Below, in pieces: positions 8,014 to 17,995 of a DNA stretch of 64,000 nucleotides. The DNA lies in contig CAWHAE010000018.1 in NCBI GenBank assembly GCA_963827235.1, positions 384,001 to 448,000 on the forward strand, written 5' to 3'. Below the pieces are notes generated by a model. That model saw nothing but the letters and a program-made list of their open reading frames with translations, searched no databases and was not told where the DNA came from. The DNA comes from an uncultured bacterium (lineage in GTDB: Bacteria; Chloroflexota; UBA5177; JANWHV01). Positions within the stretch are counted from its first letter, which is position 1; each line of letters begins with the position of its first letter. Position numbers and translations under genes: made by a program.

Positions 8014-9333
8014 GTGAGCGACGGGGCACAGGCGCAACCTCCCTCGCTCTCGGTGCGCCGGATTATCGGCCGGCCGCTCGTCGATCGGGACGGCGAACGT
8101 CTCGGTGCGGTCTGCGATGTGGTTGTCCGGCTCACCGAGAAAGAGGATCCGCTCGTCACGGGCCTCGCCGTGCGCATCGGACAGCACGCGGTGTTCGTGC
8201 CTGTGGCCGACGTCACCCCGCTCGCCACGCATGCCGTGAGGCTGACGGGGATTCGGCTGGATGTGCGCACCTTCGAGCGCCGGCCCCGCGAGATCCTGCT
8301 CGCCGGCGATCTACTCGGCCATCATGTGATCAGCATCGCGGACGCGCGCCTCGTGCGGGTGCGGGACGTCGAGCTGGCCTACCGGCAGCAGTCCCTCCGT
8401 GCGGTGGCCGTGGCCGTGGAGGGATCACCCCTCGTGGAACGGCTCCTGCACGGCAGATTTGGCGCCGAGCATGCTCGGACCGTCCTCTCTTGGGCGGGCA
8501 TTGAGCCGCTGATGGCACACGTGCCCAGCGCTCGCTGGCATCTGCCCTTTGGCCGGCTGGCACGGCTGCATCCGGCACGGCTCGCCGATCTGGTGGAGAC
8601 GGCTTCACCTGACGAAGGCGAGGAGATTATCCGCACGGTGGGCCAGAATCGGGATCTGGAAGCAGACGTGTTCGAGGAGCTGGAGCCCCCGTACCAGGTG
8701 GCATATCTCAGCACGCGTGCCGACGCCGAGATTGCCGAGGTACTCGCCACCATGGCGCCCGACGACGCGGCCGATTTGCTGCTGCAGCTCGAGCCGGAGC
8801 GACGGCAGCGCGTCCTGGGACGCTTACCGCTGGTGACCCTGCACAAGGTACGGCTGCTGCTCGGCTACAACCCTGCCACGGCCGGCGGACTGATGAGCAC
8901 GGACTACCTGGCCGTGCCCGCGGAAATGACCGTACAACAGGCACTGGACGCTGCGCGTACGAGCAGCGTACCTCCCGGCATGGCCGAGACCGTCTATGTG
9001 GTTGACCCCGAGCACCGCCTGCTTGGCGCCTTCCTGATCGCCGAGCTGCTCCGCCGTGAGCCGGACGAAGCGATTGGAAGCGCGATGCAGTCGGCACCGA
9101 TGAGCGTTCTTCCTCAGGCGGACATTCCCGAGATCGCGCTCTCTATGACGGACTTCAACCTCACGCTCTTGCCGGTATTGGACGCTGACACACGACTGAT
9201 CGGCGTAATTGCCGTGGATGACCTGCTGGAGGTGTTGCTCCCGGAGGAATGGCGCGCACTCGTGGATCACAAGCCGCCGGTAGTCCGCGAACGGACCTCC
9301 GGGAGCACAACGGGAGAAGACACGTCGAAGTGA
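8014..9333 (+). CDS. MgtE cytosolic-domain protein (PRC barrel + MgtE_N + CBS pair, no TM domain)
   Basis: Motifs LHPARLADLVE, MAPDDAADLL, YNPATAGGLMSTDY and IGVIAVDDLLEVL; GTG 8014 with AAGGAG RBS. Confidence 0.88.
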   Translation: MSDGAQAQPPSLSVRRIIGRPLVDRDGERLGAVCDVVVRLTEKEDPLVTGLAVRIGQHAVFVPVADVTPLATHAVRLTGIRLDVRTFERRPREILLAGDLLGHHVISIADARLVRVRDVELAYRQQSLRAVAVAVEGSPLVERLLHGRFGAEHARTVLSWAGIEPLMAHVPSARWHLPFGRLARLHPARLADLVETASPDEGEEIIRTVGQNRDLEADVFEELEPPYQVAYLSTRADAEIAEVLATMAPDDAADLLLQLEPERRQRVLGRLPLVTLHKVRLLLGYNPATAGGLMSTDYLAVPAEMTVQQALDAARTSSVPPGMAETVYVVDPEHRLLGAFLIAELLRREPDEAIGSAMQSAPMSVLPQADIPEIALSMTDFNLTLLPVLDADTRLIGVIAVDDLLEVLLPEEWRALVDHKPPVVRERTSGSTTGEDTSK

Positions 9334-9415
9334 GGAGAACGGGTCGTCCTTTGCGATCCACCGGTGATAGAGCACAGGAGTTGTTGGCACCCAACCCAGG
9401 AGAAGGAGGCGCATT

Positions 9416-9907
9416 GTGCCGATGTTCACCCATCACCCGCACCCGTATATCGAACGTCGAAAACAGGAGAAGCCGCCGCAGACTGCGGACGAACATGTGG
9501 GCCTGAACGGCAAGATTGCTCTGGTCCTGACCACGGCGGTCGGCACCATGTGGTGCGCCTACGTGTTCGCTCTTCTCGCCCTGCTTGTAGTACCTCAGGC
9601 CGTGCACGGCGGTCTGCTCACCTTCGTACAGTGGGTGAGCCAGACCTTCATCCAGCTGGTCATGCTGAGCGTGATCATGGTCGGCCAGAACATCCTGGGC
9701 AGGGTTTCCGACAAGCGGGCGATACAGACCTACAACGACGCCGAGGCGGTGCTGCACGAAGCGCTGGAGATTCAGCGTCACCTGCACGAGCAGGACGAAC
9801 AGATCTTGCGTATCAAGCAACATCTCGGTGTCGTGGATACCGACGTGACGCTGCAGGGCCAACCCGCCGACGCAGCAACAGCGATACTTGCACAGCCTCA
9901 GCACTGA
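9416..9907 (+). CDS. DUF1003-like small membrane protein
   Basis: VGTMWCAYVF...WVSQTFIQLVMLSVIMVGQN pattern; AAGGAGG RBS; start may be ATG 9422. Confidence 0.8.
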   Translation: MPMFTHHPHPYIERRKQEKPPQTADEHVGLNGKIALVLTTAVGTMWCAYVFALLALLVVPQAVHGGLLTFVQWVSQTFIQLVMLSVIMVGQNILGRVSDKRAIQTYNDAEAVLHEALEIQRHLHEQDEQILRIKQHLGVVDTDVTLQGQPADAATAILAQPQH

Positions 9908-10430
9908 ATCGCGCGAAGGGCATGCCGCCACAACGCCCTTGCAAAGCTACTCGTCAACTTCCCGCTCGGCAAGCGACAGTACCGGCAGGCTCAGCAGAGC
10001 AGGGCGGCGGAGCAGACTGGCATCCTCCGCTCGCTAGCCAGGGAACGCGACCCACAAGTCGCGCGGCACGGAGAGCAGGCTCCCCTGGAGCGTCGTATAG
10101 GCTACCAAGAGGATCGGGATGGCGTCCGTCTCTGGCCAGGCGCCGTGGCGGCACCGCGGCAGTCCCCGCACGATATAGTATAGGCGTGGTCACGACATTC
10201 ACGGCCATGCAGTCGTCCGCTGCCGCCCAGGCCTGGGCTGTCTCTGCGCTGCTTCACAAGCCGGCACGTGGCTCGAGTCGCCGTCGGGCTACCGGGTCGG
10301 GTTTGGTGCCGGGTTCTTGGGGCGAACACCTGTGGGCATCACGCGGCGCTGGGGCAACCCATCCGCCTTCGAACGCGAGCGCGGCCACCGGACGAGAATC
10401 AGCCGTCTCTCTCAGCGGGGCCGACGACTG

Positions 10431-11654
10431 ATGCTGCCTTCTTCGCCCTCTCGCCCTCCCGCCGTGCCGCTCACAGGTGAACGTGAGGATCCACTGCCGT
10501 CGGCACCGAGCGCCGCCTCGAAATCCGTTGCGCGCCACGATGGCTGGACCGCGGCAGTTGCCGGGCTCGCCCAGCGACTGGGAGACGCGCGGCAGCGCAG
10601 AGGCGGGCGCGTTATGGTCCTGGTGGCGAGCAGTCTGGCCACCTGGCTGATCACTTTACCGCTGCCCGCCGATCTGCGTGTGCATCCCTTCCCGTTCTTC
10701 TATGCCTACGTGCTCTTCATCGCCTGGTACCTGGATGCTTGGGAGGTCCTCGCCGCCGTTGCCTTCGGTACCATCGTGCTGGCCGACGTGCTGCCGCCAG
10801 ATCGTTCGCTCGCCATTGCTAACCCCGTGGACATGATTTCCGAGGCCGTGTTCACGTCGACGGCACTGCTCATGGGCATGCTGATCGTCCGCCTGCGACA
10901 CACGCATGCTGCCTTGCGTGCCGCTGCATCCGACTCTGAGGCTGCGCGCCTCATGGCCGAGGCGGCGGTGCAGGCGCAGGATCGGTTCCTCTCGTCCGTG
11001 TCGCATGAGCTGCAAACGCCGCTCACGGCATTGCGCGCCGGTCTCGGCATGCTGCAGCTCAGCGCGCGGGCACGGCTCGAGCCGGCCGAGGACGCGCTGC
11101 TCGAGAACGCCGTCCGCAACGCCGAGCGCCTGCGGAGGCACATCGCCGATCTGCTGACGCTGAACCAGCTGCGCGCACAGGTCGTGGAACTGGATCGCAA
11201 GCACATCGACCTTCGGGAGGTCGTCATGGACGCGCTTGCAGGCCTGCAGCCTCTGCTCGCTGAGAAGCACCAGGCACTGCACATGGACCTGCCGGAGCCC
11301 CTGGAAATGCTCGGCGACGCCCGGAGACTTGAACAGGTCATCGTCAACGTGGTGAGCAATGCCTATCGGCACACGCCTGCCGGCACACATATCGATGTCG
11401 TTGGCCGCCTCGATGGGCACGACATCCTGCTCGAAATACGCGACGACGGACCGGGCATCCCGCCCGGTGAAGTAGCGCGCATCTTCGATCGCTTCTATCG
11501 TCTCGAAGCGACGCGTGAAGGCATGGGAATGGGACTGGCAATCACCCGCGGGATCGTCAAGCTGCATGGCGGAAGGCTCGGCGTGGAAAGCACACCGGGC
11601 GCCGGCGCGACCTTCTCGATGCGATTCGTCCAAGCTGCGGAGGATAGTGGCTGA
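10431..11654 (+). CDS. sensor histidine kinase (DUF4118-like TM sensor, HisKA, HATPase_c)
   Basis: SHELQTPL H-box, NVVSNA N-box, DDGPGI, GMGMGLAI; start uncertain (10317-10613). Confidence 0.9.
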   Translation: MLPSSPSRPPAVPLTGEREDPLPSAPSAASKSVARHDGWTAAVAGLAQRLGDARQRRGGRVMVLVASSLATWLITLPLPADLRVHPFPFFYAYVLFIAWYLDAWEVLAAVAFGTIVLADVLPPDRSLAIANPVDMISEAVFTSTALLMGMLIVRLRHTHAALRAAASDSEAARLMAEAAVQAQDRFLSSVSHELQTPLTALRAGLGMLQLSARARLEPAEDALLENAVRNAERLRRHIADLLTLNQLRAQVVELDRKHIDLREVVMDALAGLQPLLAEKHQALHMDLPEPLEMLGDARRLEQVIVNVVSNAYRHTPAGTHIDVVGRLDGHDILLEIRDDGPGIPPGEVARIFDRFYRLEATREGMGMGLAITRGIVKLHGGRLGVESTPGAGATFSMRFVQAAEDSG

Positions 11655-12346
11655 TGGCACTCCGGGTGCTCATCGCCGAGGACGCGCCCGACGTGGCCGA
11701 GGTGGTCGCGTTCGGAGCGCGCATGACCTGGCCGGACTGCACGGTGATGGTTGCGCGGGACGGTGCATCGGCCCTGCGGCTGTTTGCCGAGGATGCCGCC
11801 GACCTGGTGATTCTCGACGTCCAGATGCCGTCACCGGACGGATTCGAAGTATGCCGTCGCATCCGGGCGACATCGGAGGTTCCCATCTTGATGCTCACGG
11901 TGCGCGACAGCGTGGCAGATAAGATACGGGCGCTCGATCTCGGGGCAGACGACTACGTGACCAAGCCATTCGACCACCTCGAGCTGCTGGCTCGCCTGCG
12001 GGCGCTTGCCCGCCGGACACGCGGCCAGCCGAAGGGCGGGCAGCCGTTGGCGGTCGGCGATCTTGAACTCGTGGAGGCTACCCACGAGGCGAATGTGGCC
12101 GGCCGGCCGGTGCGGCTCACCGATACCGAATATCGCTTGCTCGAGACGCTGATGCGGCACGCAGGGACGCCCCTATCGCACCGTTTCATCCTCGAGCAGG
12201 TGTGGGGATCGGCCTATGCCGGTGAGGTCGCATACCTCAAAGTGTTCGTCCGCCGGCTCCGGCGCAAGCTTGGCGACGACCCCACTCGGCCGCGCTACAT
12301 CGCGACCGAGTGGGGCTCCGGGTACCGCTTCATCGCACCACGCTGA
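11654..12346 (+). CDS. OmpR/KdpE-like response regulator
   Basis: Receiver LVILDVQMP and GADDYVTKPF; winged-helix end LRRKLGDDPTRPRYIATEWGSGYRF; TGATG overlap with the kinase. Confidence 0.93.
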   Translation: MALRVLIAEDAPDVAEVVAFGARMTWPDCTVMVARDGASALRLFAEDAADLVILDVQMPSPDGFEVCRRIRATSEVPILMLTVRDSVADKIRALDLGADDYVTKPFDHLELLARLRALARRTRGQPKGGQPLAVGDLELVEATHEANVAGRPVRLTDTEYRLLETLMRHAGTPLSHRFILEQVWGSAYAGEVAYLKVFVRRLRRKLGDDPTRPRYIATEWGSGYRFIAPR

Positions 12347-12532
12347 ACGCGCACCGGTTGCCACGCACACGGTGCCAAGCTCGCGACATCTCGGCAGGTA
12401 GTGACTGCGCGCCGGCCTGTCGGGCTTGCGACGCGCTCGTGACCGGTTTCTTGCCGCGGCTCCACTGCTCTCCGCCTCCGGCTCCTCGTCGCTCGCGGCC
12501 TCCGGCACCGGCGTGCGCCATTGTGGCCCGAC

Positions 12533-12586
12533 GTTCACCATTTGTCACCATTCTTCCCCCCTGCGTTCACGATTGCTGTCAGAATT
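12533..12586 (+). promoter_or_regulatory. four tandem direct-repeat boxes (putative regulator binding site)
   Basis: GTTCACCATT / TGTCACCATT / GTTCACGATT / TGTCAGAATT at 12533, 12543, 12565 and 12577; TACACT about 30 nt downstream. Confidence 0.5.
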
Positions 12587-12808
12587 GCCCTTCCGTGCGC
12601 GGCGGCTCGGTACTACACTCGCCGACAGGCAGGTTGCGCAAACGCACGAGAGACGGCGCTACCCGCGCAGCCCTGAACGAAAACGAGATCGCGACATGGC
12701 CTCTACGCACAGTCGTGAACGACGCCGAGAGGATTCTGTGCACTGTGGAACAGTCTTGGTGACGAGGAGCACGGCCTGCACTCGGCAAGTCGAATCTGCG
12801 AGGGTGTT

Positions 12809-13786
12809 GTGATCTGGTCACCGAGTCTGCCGGCATTCCGTGACGCACTCGCCGGCGAAGCTCTGCTTGTTCCTTCTCCGATCGATCGCCCCGATAGCGC
12901 CGCCGCCGTCGGCACTACAGCCGATCTGGTAGCCGCGAGGTCAGGCCCGCGCGGCGCGCGGTCACGCGGACGCCGGACCTCACCGACGGCGCGGCAGGCG
13001 CGCATCGTGGCGTTCTTCCAACGGCGCCCCTACTTCAGCACGCTTGAGCTGAGCCGTATGCTGCACGTCTCAACCATGACGGTACGGCGCGACTTGCAGG
13101 AACTGGCGCGCATCGGGGCTCTTGTTGCCGTGCACGGAGGCGCACGTCTCGACCGGCCCGCGGCGCGTGAGCCCGATCTGTCCGTACGCGCAGCTGAGAA
13201 TCGTCTGGAGAAAGAAGCAATCGGGGCCTACGCTGCTGCCATGATCGAGCCCGGAGAAGCGATCTGTGTCGATGCCGGGAGTACTGCACTGGAGGTGGCT
13301 CGCCGCCTCAAGCCTAGCGGAGGGCTCAGCGTCGTCACAAACTCGCTGCCTGTGATGGTCGAGCTGTCGCGGCACAACGACATTACGTTGGTCGCACTGG
13401 GCGGGACGCTCCTCGGCTCGCCGCTGGCCTTCTCTGGACCGGCGGTGGTTGCAGCATTGAGTGCGCTGCACTTTTCGACCCTCATCCTCGAGGCGAGCGG
13501 CATCGACTTCAGCCTTGGCATGACGAGCACGGATCTGACCGATGCCGAGATAAAGAGGGTCATGATCCGTGCTGCCGAGCGGGTCATCGTCGTCGCCGAC
13601 CATACCAAGATTGGCCGGAAGCTCCTGGCCAAGGTTGGTCCGCTCGAGGCCGGCCACATCCTGGTCACGGATGACGGCATAGAGGACGAGCACCTGCAGC
13701 ACCTTCGGCGCCTCGGCATGGAGGTGCACACTGCTGCCGTCGACACCCATCCGGCGACCTTGATCGCATCGAGCGAGGGGCCCTGA
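12809..13786 (+). CDS. DeoR/GlpR-family transcriptional regulator
   Basis: HTH VSTMTVRRDL, VHGGA, DAGST, VVTNSL, VVADHTK; start uncertain. Confidence 0.9.
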   Translation: MIWSPSLPAFRDALAGEALLVPSPIDRPDSAAAVGTTADLVAARSGPRGARSRGRRTSPTARQARIVAFFQRRPYFSTLELSRMLHVSTMTVRRDLQELARIGALVAVHGGARLDRPAAREPDLSVRAAENRLEKEAIGAYAAAMIEPGEAICVDAGSTALEVARRLKPSGGLSVVTNSLPVMVELSRHNDITLVALGGTLLGSPLAFSGPAVVAALSALHFSTLILEASGIDFSLGMTSTDLTDAEIKRVMIRAAERVIVVADHTKIGRKLLAKVGPLEAGHILVTDDGIEDEHLQHLRRLGMEVHTAAVDTHPATLIASSEGP

Positions 13787-14187
13787 TGCCTGGCCGACTC
13801 GCGCCGTGCTCTGGGCGAGCCTGCCACACGTGGGCCGGATTCGGGGCGACGGACACCGAGAGGCTCTCGGCGCTGGCGACACGATCCCCTGCCATCAGAG
13901 TGGATCCCTTCTCGCCCTGCGGAGCTGGTCCATCATGGCGTTCGGCCCGCCTACGGAACAGGCGATGCCGGGCATTCACGGCATCCGCGTGTCCGACCAC
14001 CGTTGCTTGAGAGTCACTTGTCGTTCGCCAGAGCGGCTCTCTACACGCTCGCGGCCCACCTCGTTCTAGGCGGACCTGGGGATAGAGTCCTGGCGAGAGA
14101 CGGTATAGCATGGTGCCGATCGCAGATCGGCCGCGCCGATTCCACGGCGAGGAATGGAGCTGCAAGCAGCAAGGATGATGGATCGGT

Positions 14188-14784
14188 ATGTCAGTCATCG
14201 CAAGCGGCGTCCTTCTCTTCGCCCTCGCGGCAGTCCTGCTGCTCCAGCGGATACAGAGCCGCCGCGACCGTACGAGTGAGCGAGGCAACTCTGTGGTTGC
14301 CTGCCAGACCGGCGCCCACCCTCTCCCAGTGCCTTCACGGCCACGGCTCCTGGTTCGAGGCTTTCTTCAGCCGTCGCTGGAGACGTACGTCATCGTGATC
14401 ACGCTCGCCTGTCTGGCGACAGGCGCTGTCGTGGCAGGGACCCGCGCCATGACCGGCGTGTGGAACGAGCACGCAGACACCCGCTACGACATGCTGTGGT
14501 TCAACGCCTCCGAAGGCACTCTGGCCGGTACAACCAAGACTGCCTATGCGAGTCACACGGTGAACGGTGCCCCGGCCGCCAATCTACGGGCGCGATTCGT
14601 CTGGACCACACCGCTTCGCACGCTCACCTGCACCGGCGTGACCGACGCATCCGGCACTGCTGCCTGCCGCGTCGTGCTGCCACAGTCCACCACGTCCTAT
14701 CCGGTGACCGTGCGCGTCTACTTCCCTGCCGCGGGCGACGGCGACTGGACCGACAACAGCTTCGTGGCACAGGGAGCAACCTAG
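14188..14784 (+). CDS. hypothetical membrane-anchored/secreted protein with Ig-like C-terminus
   Basis: Two hydrophobic segments followed by a beta-rich domain (CTGVTDASGTAAC...VTVRVYF). Confidence 0.6.
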   Translation: MSVIASGVLLFALAAVLLLQRIQSRRDRTSERGNSVVACQTGAHPLPVPSRPRLLVRGFLQPSLETYVIVITLACLATGAVVAGTRAMTGVWNEHADTRYDMLWFNASEGTLAGTTKTAYASHTVNGAPAANLRARFVWTTPLRTLTCTGVTDASGTAACRVVLPQSTTSYPVTVRVYFPAAGDGDWTDNSFVAQGAT

Positions 14785-14930
14785 GTCGACAGCACGTTGA
14801 TCGCTCACTGGAACACGCTCGGCAGCGCCGAGGTAGTCAGGATGACAGCGCTGCGTCTGTCGGCCAGCCCTGAACAGGCTCCTCACGGCGGTACCTCGAC
14901 CGCCTCGCCACGCAGCGATGTCGCTGTACC

Positions 14931-16196
14931 ATGGAGACCGAGAAGGCCTTACCCAACGCGTCGGTTATGCCTGAGACAGTCTTGCCGGAGCACAGGACCG
15001 TGCGGAAGGCTCAGCTGGCAACATCCCGACCGACGACGCTGGAGAGACGGTCCAGTGGGGCCGTGGCGGCCTCTGCGTTTCTCGTCAATCACGCCCTGCT
15101 CATCCTGATCAGCCTGCTGACTGGTAGACTGTTCTACGATGTAGCGGGACAGGCCACGGGCCTGGGTCCGTTGTGGGAACGGTGGGACACCCTGTGGTAT
15201 ATCCGCGTGGCCGACCACGGCTATAGCTGGTATCCGCCGCCGATCCAGTCCGATGTTGCCTTCTTTCCGCTCTACCCATTGCTCATGCACGTCACGAGCC
15301 TGGCGACCGGCCTGCCCACCTCTGTGTCGGGGCTGGTGGTGACCAACGTCAGCTTCCTCGCCGCGCTGTACGTCTTCCATCGGCTCGTACTCGTCGAATA
15401 TGATGCCGAGACGGCCGACCGTGCGGTGTTCTACGTGGCCGTCTTCCCTACGGCGCTCTTCTTCTTTGCCGCCTACGCCGAATCGCTGTATCTGCTGTGC
15501 TGTGTCGGCTGTGTGTACGCCCTGCACCTGCGTCGCTGGTGGCTGGCCGGACTCTGCGGCATGGCGGCCTGCCTGACGCGACAGCTCGGCATCGTCCTGG
15601 TTATCCCTTTCGCGCTGGAGGTCTGTGACGCAGTGCGGCCGGAGCGCCGGCTGGACGCCTGGCTGCACGCCGCACCGGCACTCTTGCTCGTCCCCGCCGG
15701 TCTCCTCACCTACATGACCTACCTGCAGCTTCGCTTCGACGATGCTCTGCTCTTTCTGCGGGCTCAGGCGGCATAGCACCGCGTGCTTGCCCAGCCGTGG
15801 CAAGGCCTGCTGGAGGACGCAGGCCGAATCATGAACCCACTCACCCGGTACGCGCCGCACACGCGCAACGCGCTGGCCGCGCAATCGCTGCTGGACGTCG
15901 CATTTGCGCTGCTCGTTGTCTGTTTGATTGTGTGGGGCGCCACCCGGCTGCGGCGGTCCTACACAGCGTACGCGTGTGCCGTCTGCCTCGCCGTGCTCAT
16001 GTCGCCTACGTCCATGCCTGGCCAGCCACTGGCGCTTTTGTCGATCTCGCGGTTCGAGGTCACGCTGTTCCCGCCGTTCGTCGCCCTAGCGTTGCTGGGG
16101 CGGTCCCGCACCACCGATAGGCTGATCACGGTCTGTTCGGTCGGCCTGCTCGTCTTGTTCACCGTTGTCTTCGTGCGGGGCCGCTGGATCGCCTGA
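14931..16196 (+). pseudogene. PIG-V-like (Mannosyl_trans2, GT-C) mannosyltransferase interrupted by in-frame TAG at 15774-15776
   Basis: Motifs RWDTLWY, AFFPLYP, YAESLYL and LTRQLG; the frame continues past the TAG (AQAA*HRVLAQPW) to SISRF...GRWIA. Confidence 0.8.
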
Positions 16197-16221
16197 CGGT
16201 CAATCTTACCCTGCTGCGGCG

Positions 16222-17589
16222 TCAACCGCTGCTCATGGCGAGTACGCCGCTCCGGAACGGCATCCGCGCGCTGCCGTCGCTCTCGCTTACATGCGTCGAT
16301 GTGCCGGGCTCAGGCGTGGCAGAAGGCAGTCCCCATGTGCGCAGATACCGATCGACTTGCACGATGAAGGTGTCCCAGGAGAAGTTGTCGCGAAAGGCTG
16401 GCTCGGTGCCGGCCAAAGGAGACGAGGGATCCGTGTTGGGGTACTCATGCAGTACGGCACCGTGGCGAAACTCCAGGCGCAGACGAGCCGCCATTGCCGC
16501 GCCCATGCCGCTCACATGGTGCAGGCAGCCGGTTGCCAGGCCGACATAGTCGTAGAGCAGCCAGGAGCCGCCGTTCTGGTAGTCACCTGGGAATTCATGC
16601 GTGACGAACAGGTGCGGGCTCAAGTACGTGCCGTCAGCATTCGTCACTACGCGAAAGCCATCGCCAGCCGGTGGTTGGGTCTGCAGTGTGGCCGCGACCG
16701 TCGCATCGCTGAGCAGCGGTCGCTTGAACAACCACACGGCAAGAAACTCCCCGGTCAGTCCGCTGATGTCGTGGTAAGCCTGCAGGCGGCTGAAGCGGAG
16801 ATAACCGTGCTGGGGATCAGCCAGGGCCCGATAGTGCGCGACGGCTGCATCGACCTGGCCGGACGGCACAGGCAGACCCTCTGCCCGCGCAGCCAGCAGA
16901 GCATCGACATACAGGCCCTGCGTGTAGCTCAGCGTGTCCGCCCGTGGCAACCGGTAGCCGTCGGACCAATCGGCATCGGCGCCGGCCTGGCTCACGTACC
17001 AGCCGTAGGGTGCCTGCCGCTGAACATACGCGAGCGCTCTGGTCAGTGATGGGCGAGGCGGCTGCCAACCATGATGCTGTGCCTGCCAGTCCGACCAGAT
17101 GAGATAGAGAAGGGTCGACTCGTCGGTGCGGTAGAGCGGCTGCCGCAGGAAGTCGACGAACTGAGTCGGCACCTGGCCACTGGCACGCTGACGCGCGGCA
17201 AAGTGATGCAGAGAGCGTCCCGAGAGCTGTGCATCGCCGACGGCCAGAAAGGTCCAGAACGAATCACGGAGCCATACACCGGCATAGGCCCGGCTGGGGC
17301 GCACGATGGCGTAGCGGTGTGACACGTTGGATGCCCATGCCGTGGCGACCGCGCGCTGCTCCTCGACCTGAAGTGGCGTGTCATGCCAGATACAGCTTGC
17401 CGGCGTGAAAGCCGTAGGCGCACCACGTTGCTCTTCGATGAGTATCAAGAACATGAGCAGCACTATTGTACCCGCCGCAATCGCCAGCACGATGGGGGAG
17501 CCCCTACCTACGTGCTTGCGCAGTGCCAGAATGCAGTGCAGGCTTGCCCGACGCCGGACCACCGTGCGACTTTCTCCTTCCCAGATCAC
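16222..17589 (-). CDS. membrane-anchored (alpha/alpha)6-barrel glycoside hydrolase-like protein
   Basis: N-terminal TM segment; YAGVWLRDSFW, DESTLLYLIW and YQNGGSW are typical of six-hairpin glycosidases. Confidence 0.7.
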   Translation of the reverse strand: MIWEGESRTVVRRRASLHCILALRKHVGRGSPIVLAIAAGTIVLLMFLILIEEQRGAPTAFTPASCIWHDTPLQVEEQRAVATAWASNVSHRYAIVRPSRAYAGVWLRDSFWTFLAVGDAQLSGRSLHHFAARQRASGQVPTQFVDFLRQPLYRTDESTLLYLIWSDWQAQHHGWQPPRPSLTRALAYVQRQAPYGWYVSQAGADADWSDGYRLPRADTLSYTQGLYVDALLAARAEGLPVPSGQVDAAVAHYRALADPQHGYLRFSRLQAYHDISGLTGEFLAVWLFKRPLLSDATVAATLQTQPPAGDGFRVVTNADGTYLSPHLFVTHEFPGDYQNGGSWLLYDYVGLATGCLHHVSGMGAAMAARLRLEFRHGAVLHEYPNTDPSSPLAGTEPAFRDNFSWDTFIVQVDRYLRTWGLPSATPEPGTSTHVSESDGSARMPFRSGVLAMSSG

Positions 17590-17995
17590 CCGGTCCTACC
17601 CTGCGTTGACGCCGGTGACCTGTCCTCCGTGCTCCATACGCGCCGCACCGGACAGATCCCGCACCACAGGGACGATCATACAGGACATGACGGCGGCGTT
17701 CGCAGTCTGTCCTGGAGGCTCCCTGGTGTCCTCGGGCACCAGGTGCGGAGTCTCCCGTGCCGCGGAAGGTTCCGATGACCATGCCCTGCGCGTCTGGCGC
17801 GTAGCGGTGTCCGGATGTAGGTATTGCCGGTACGGCTGGCTTGCCGCTGCATGGCTCGCCGCTCAACGTGCCAAGGCTTGCAGATAGCGGGCACCCCTGT
17901 CACGCACGCGCTCAAGCGGCTAGACTATGAACGGTTGATGAATTCGCGCGGTCGTGCCGCGGAAAATGCCATTGCCGTTGACTTGAGGGTAGACC

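Noticed and set aside
15774-15776. Amber recoding or pyrrolysine read-through
   Set aside because: TAG is the ordinary stop of pyrB, kdpA and the YacL-family gene in this window, no pyl genes are present, and a single TGG-to-TAG change explains it.
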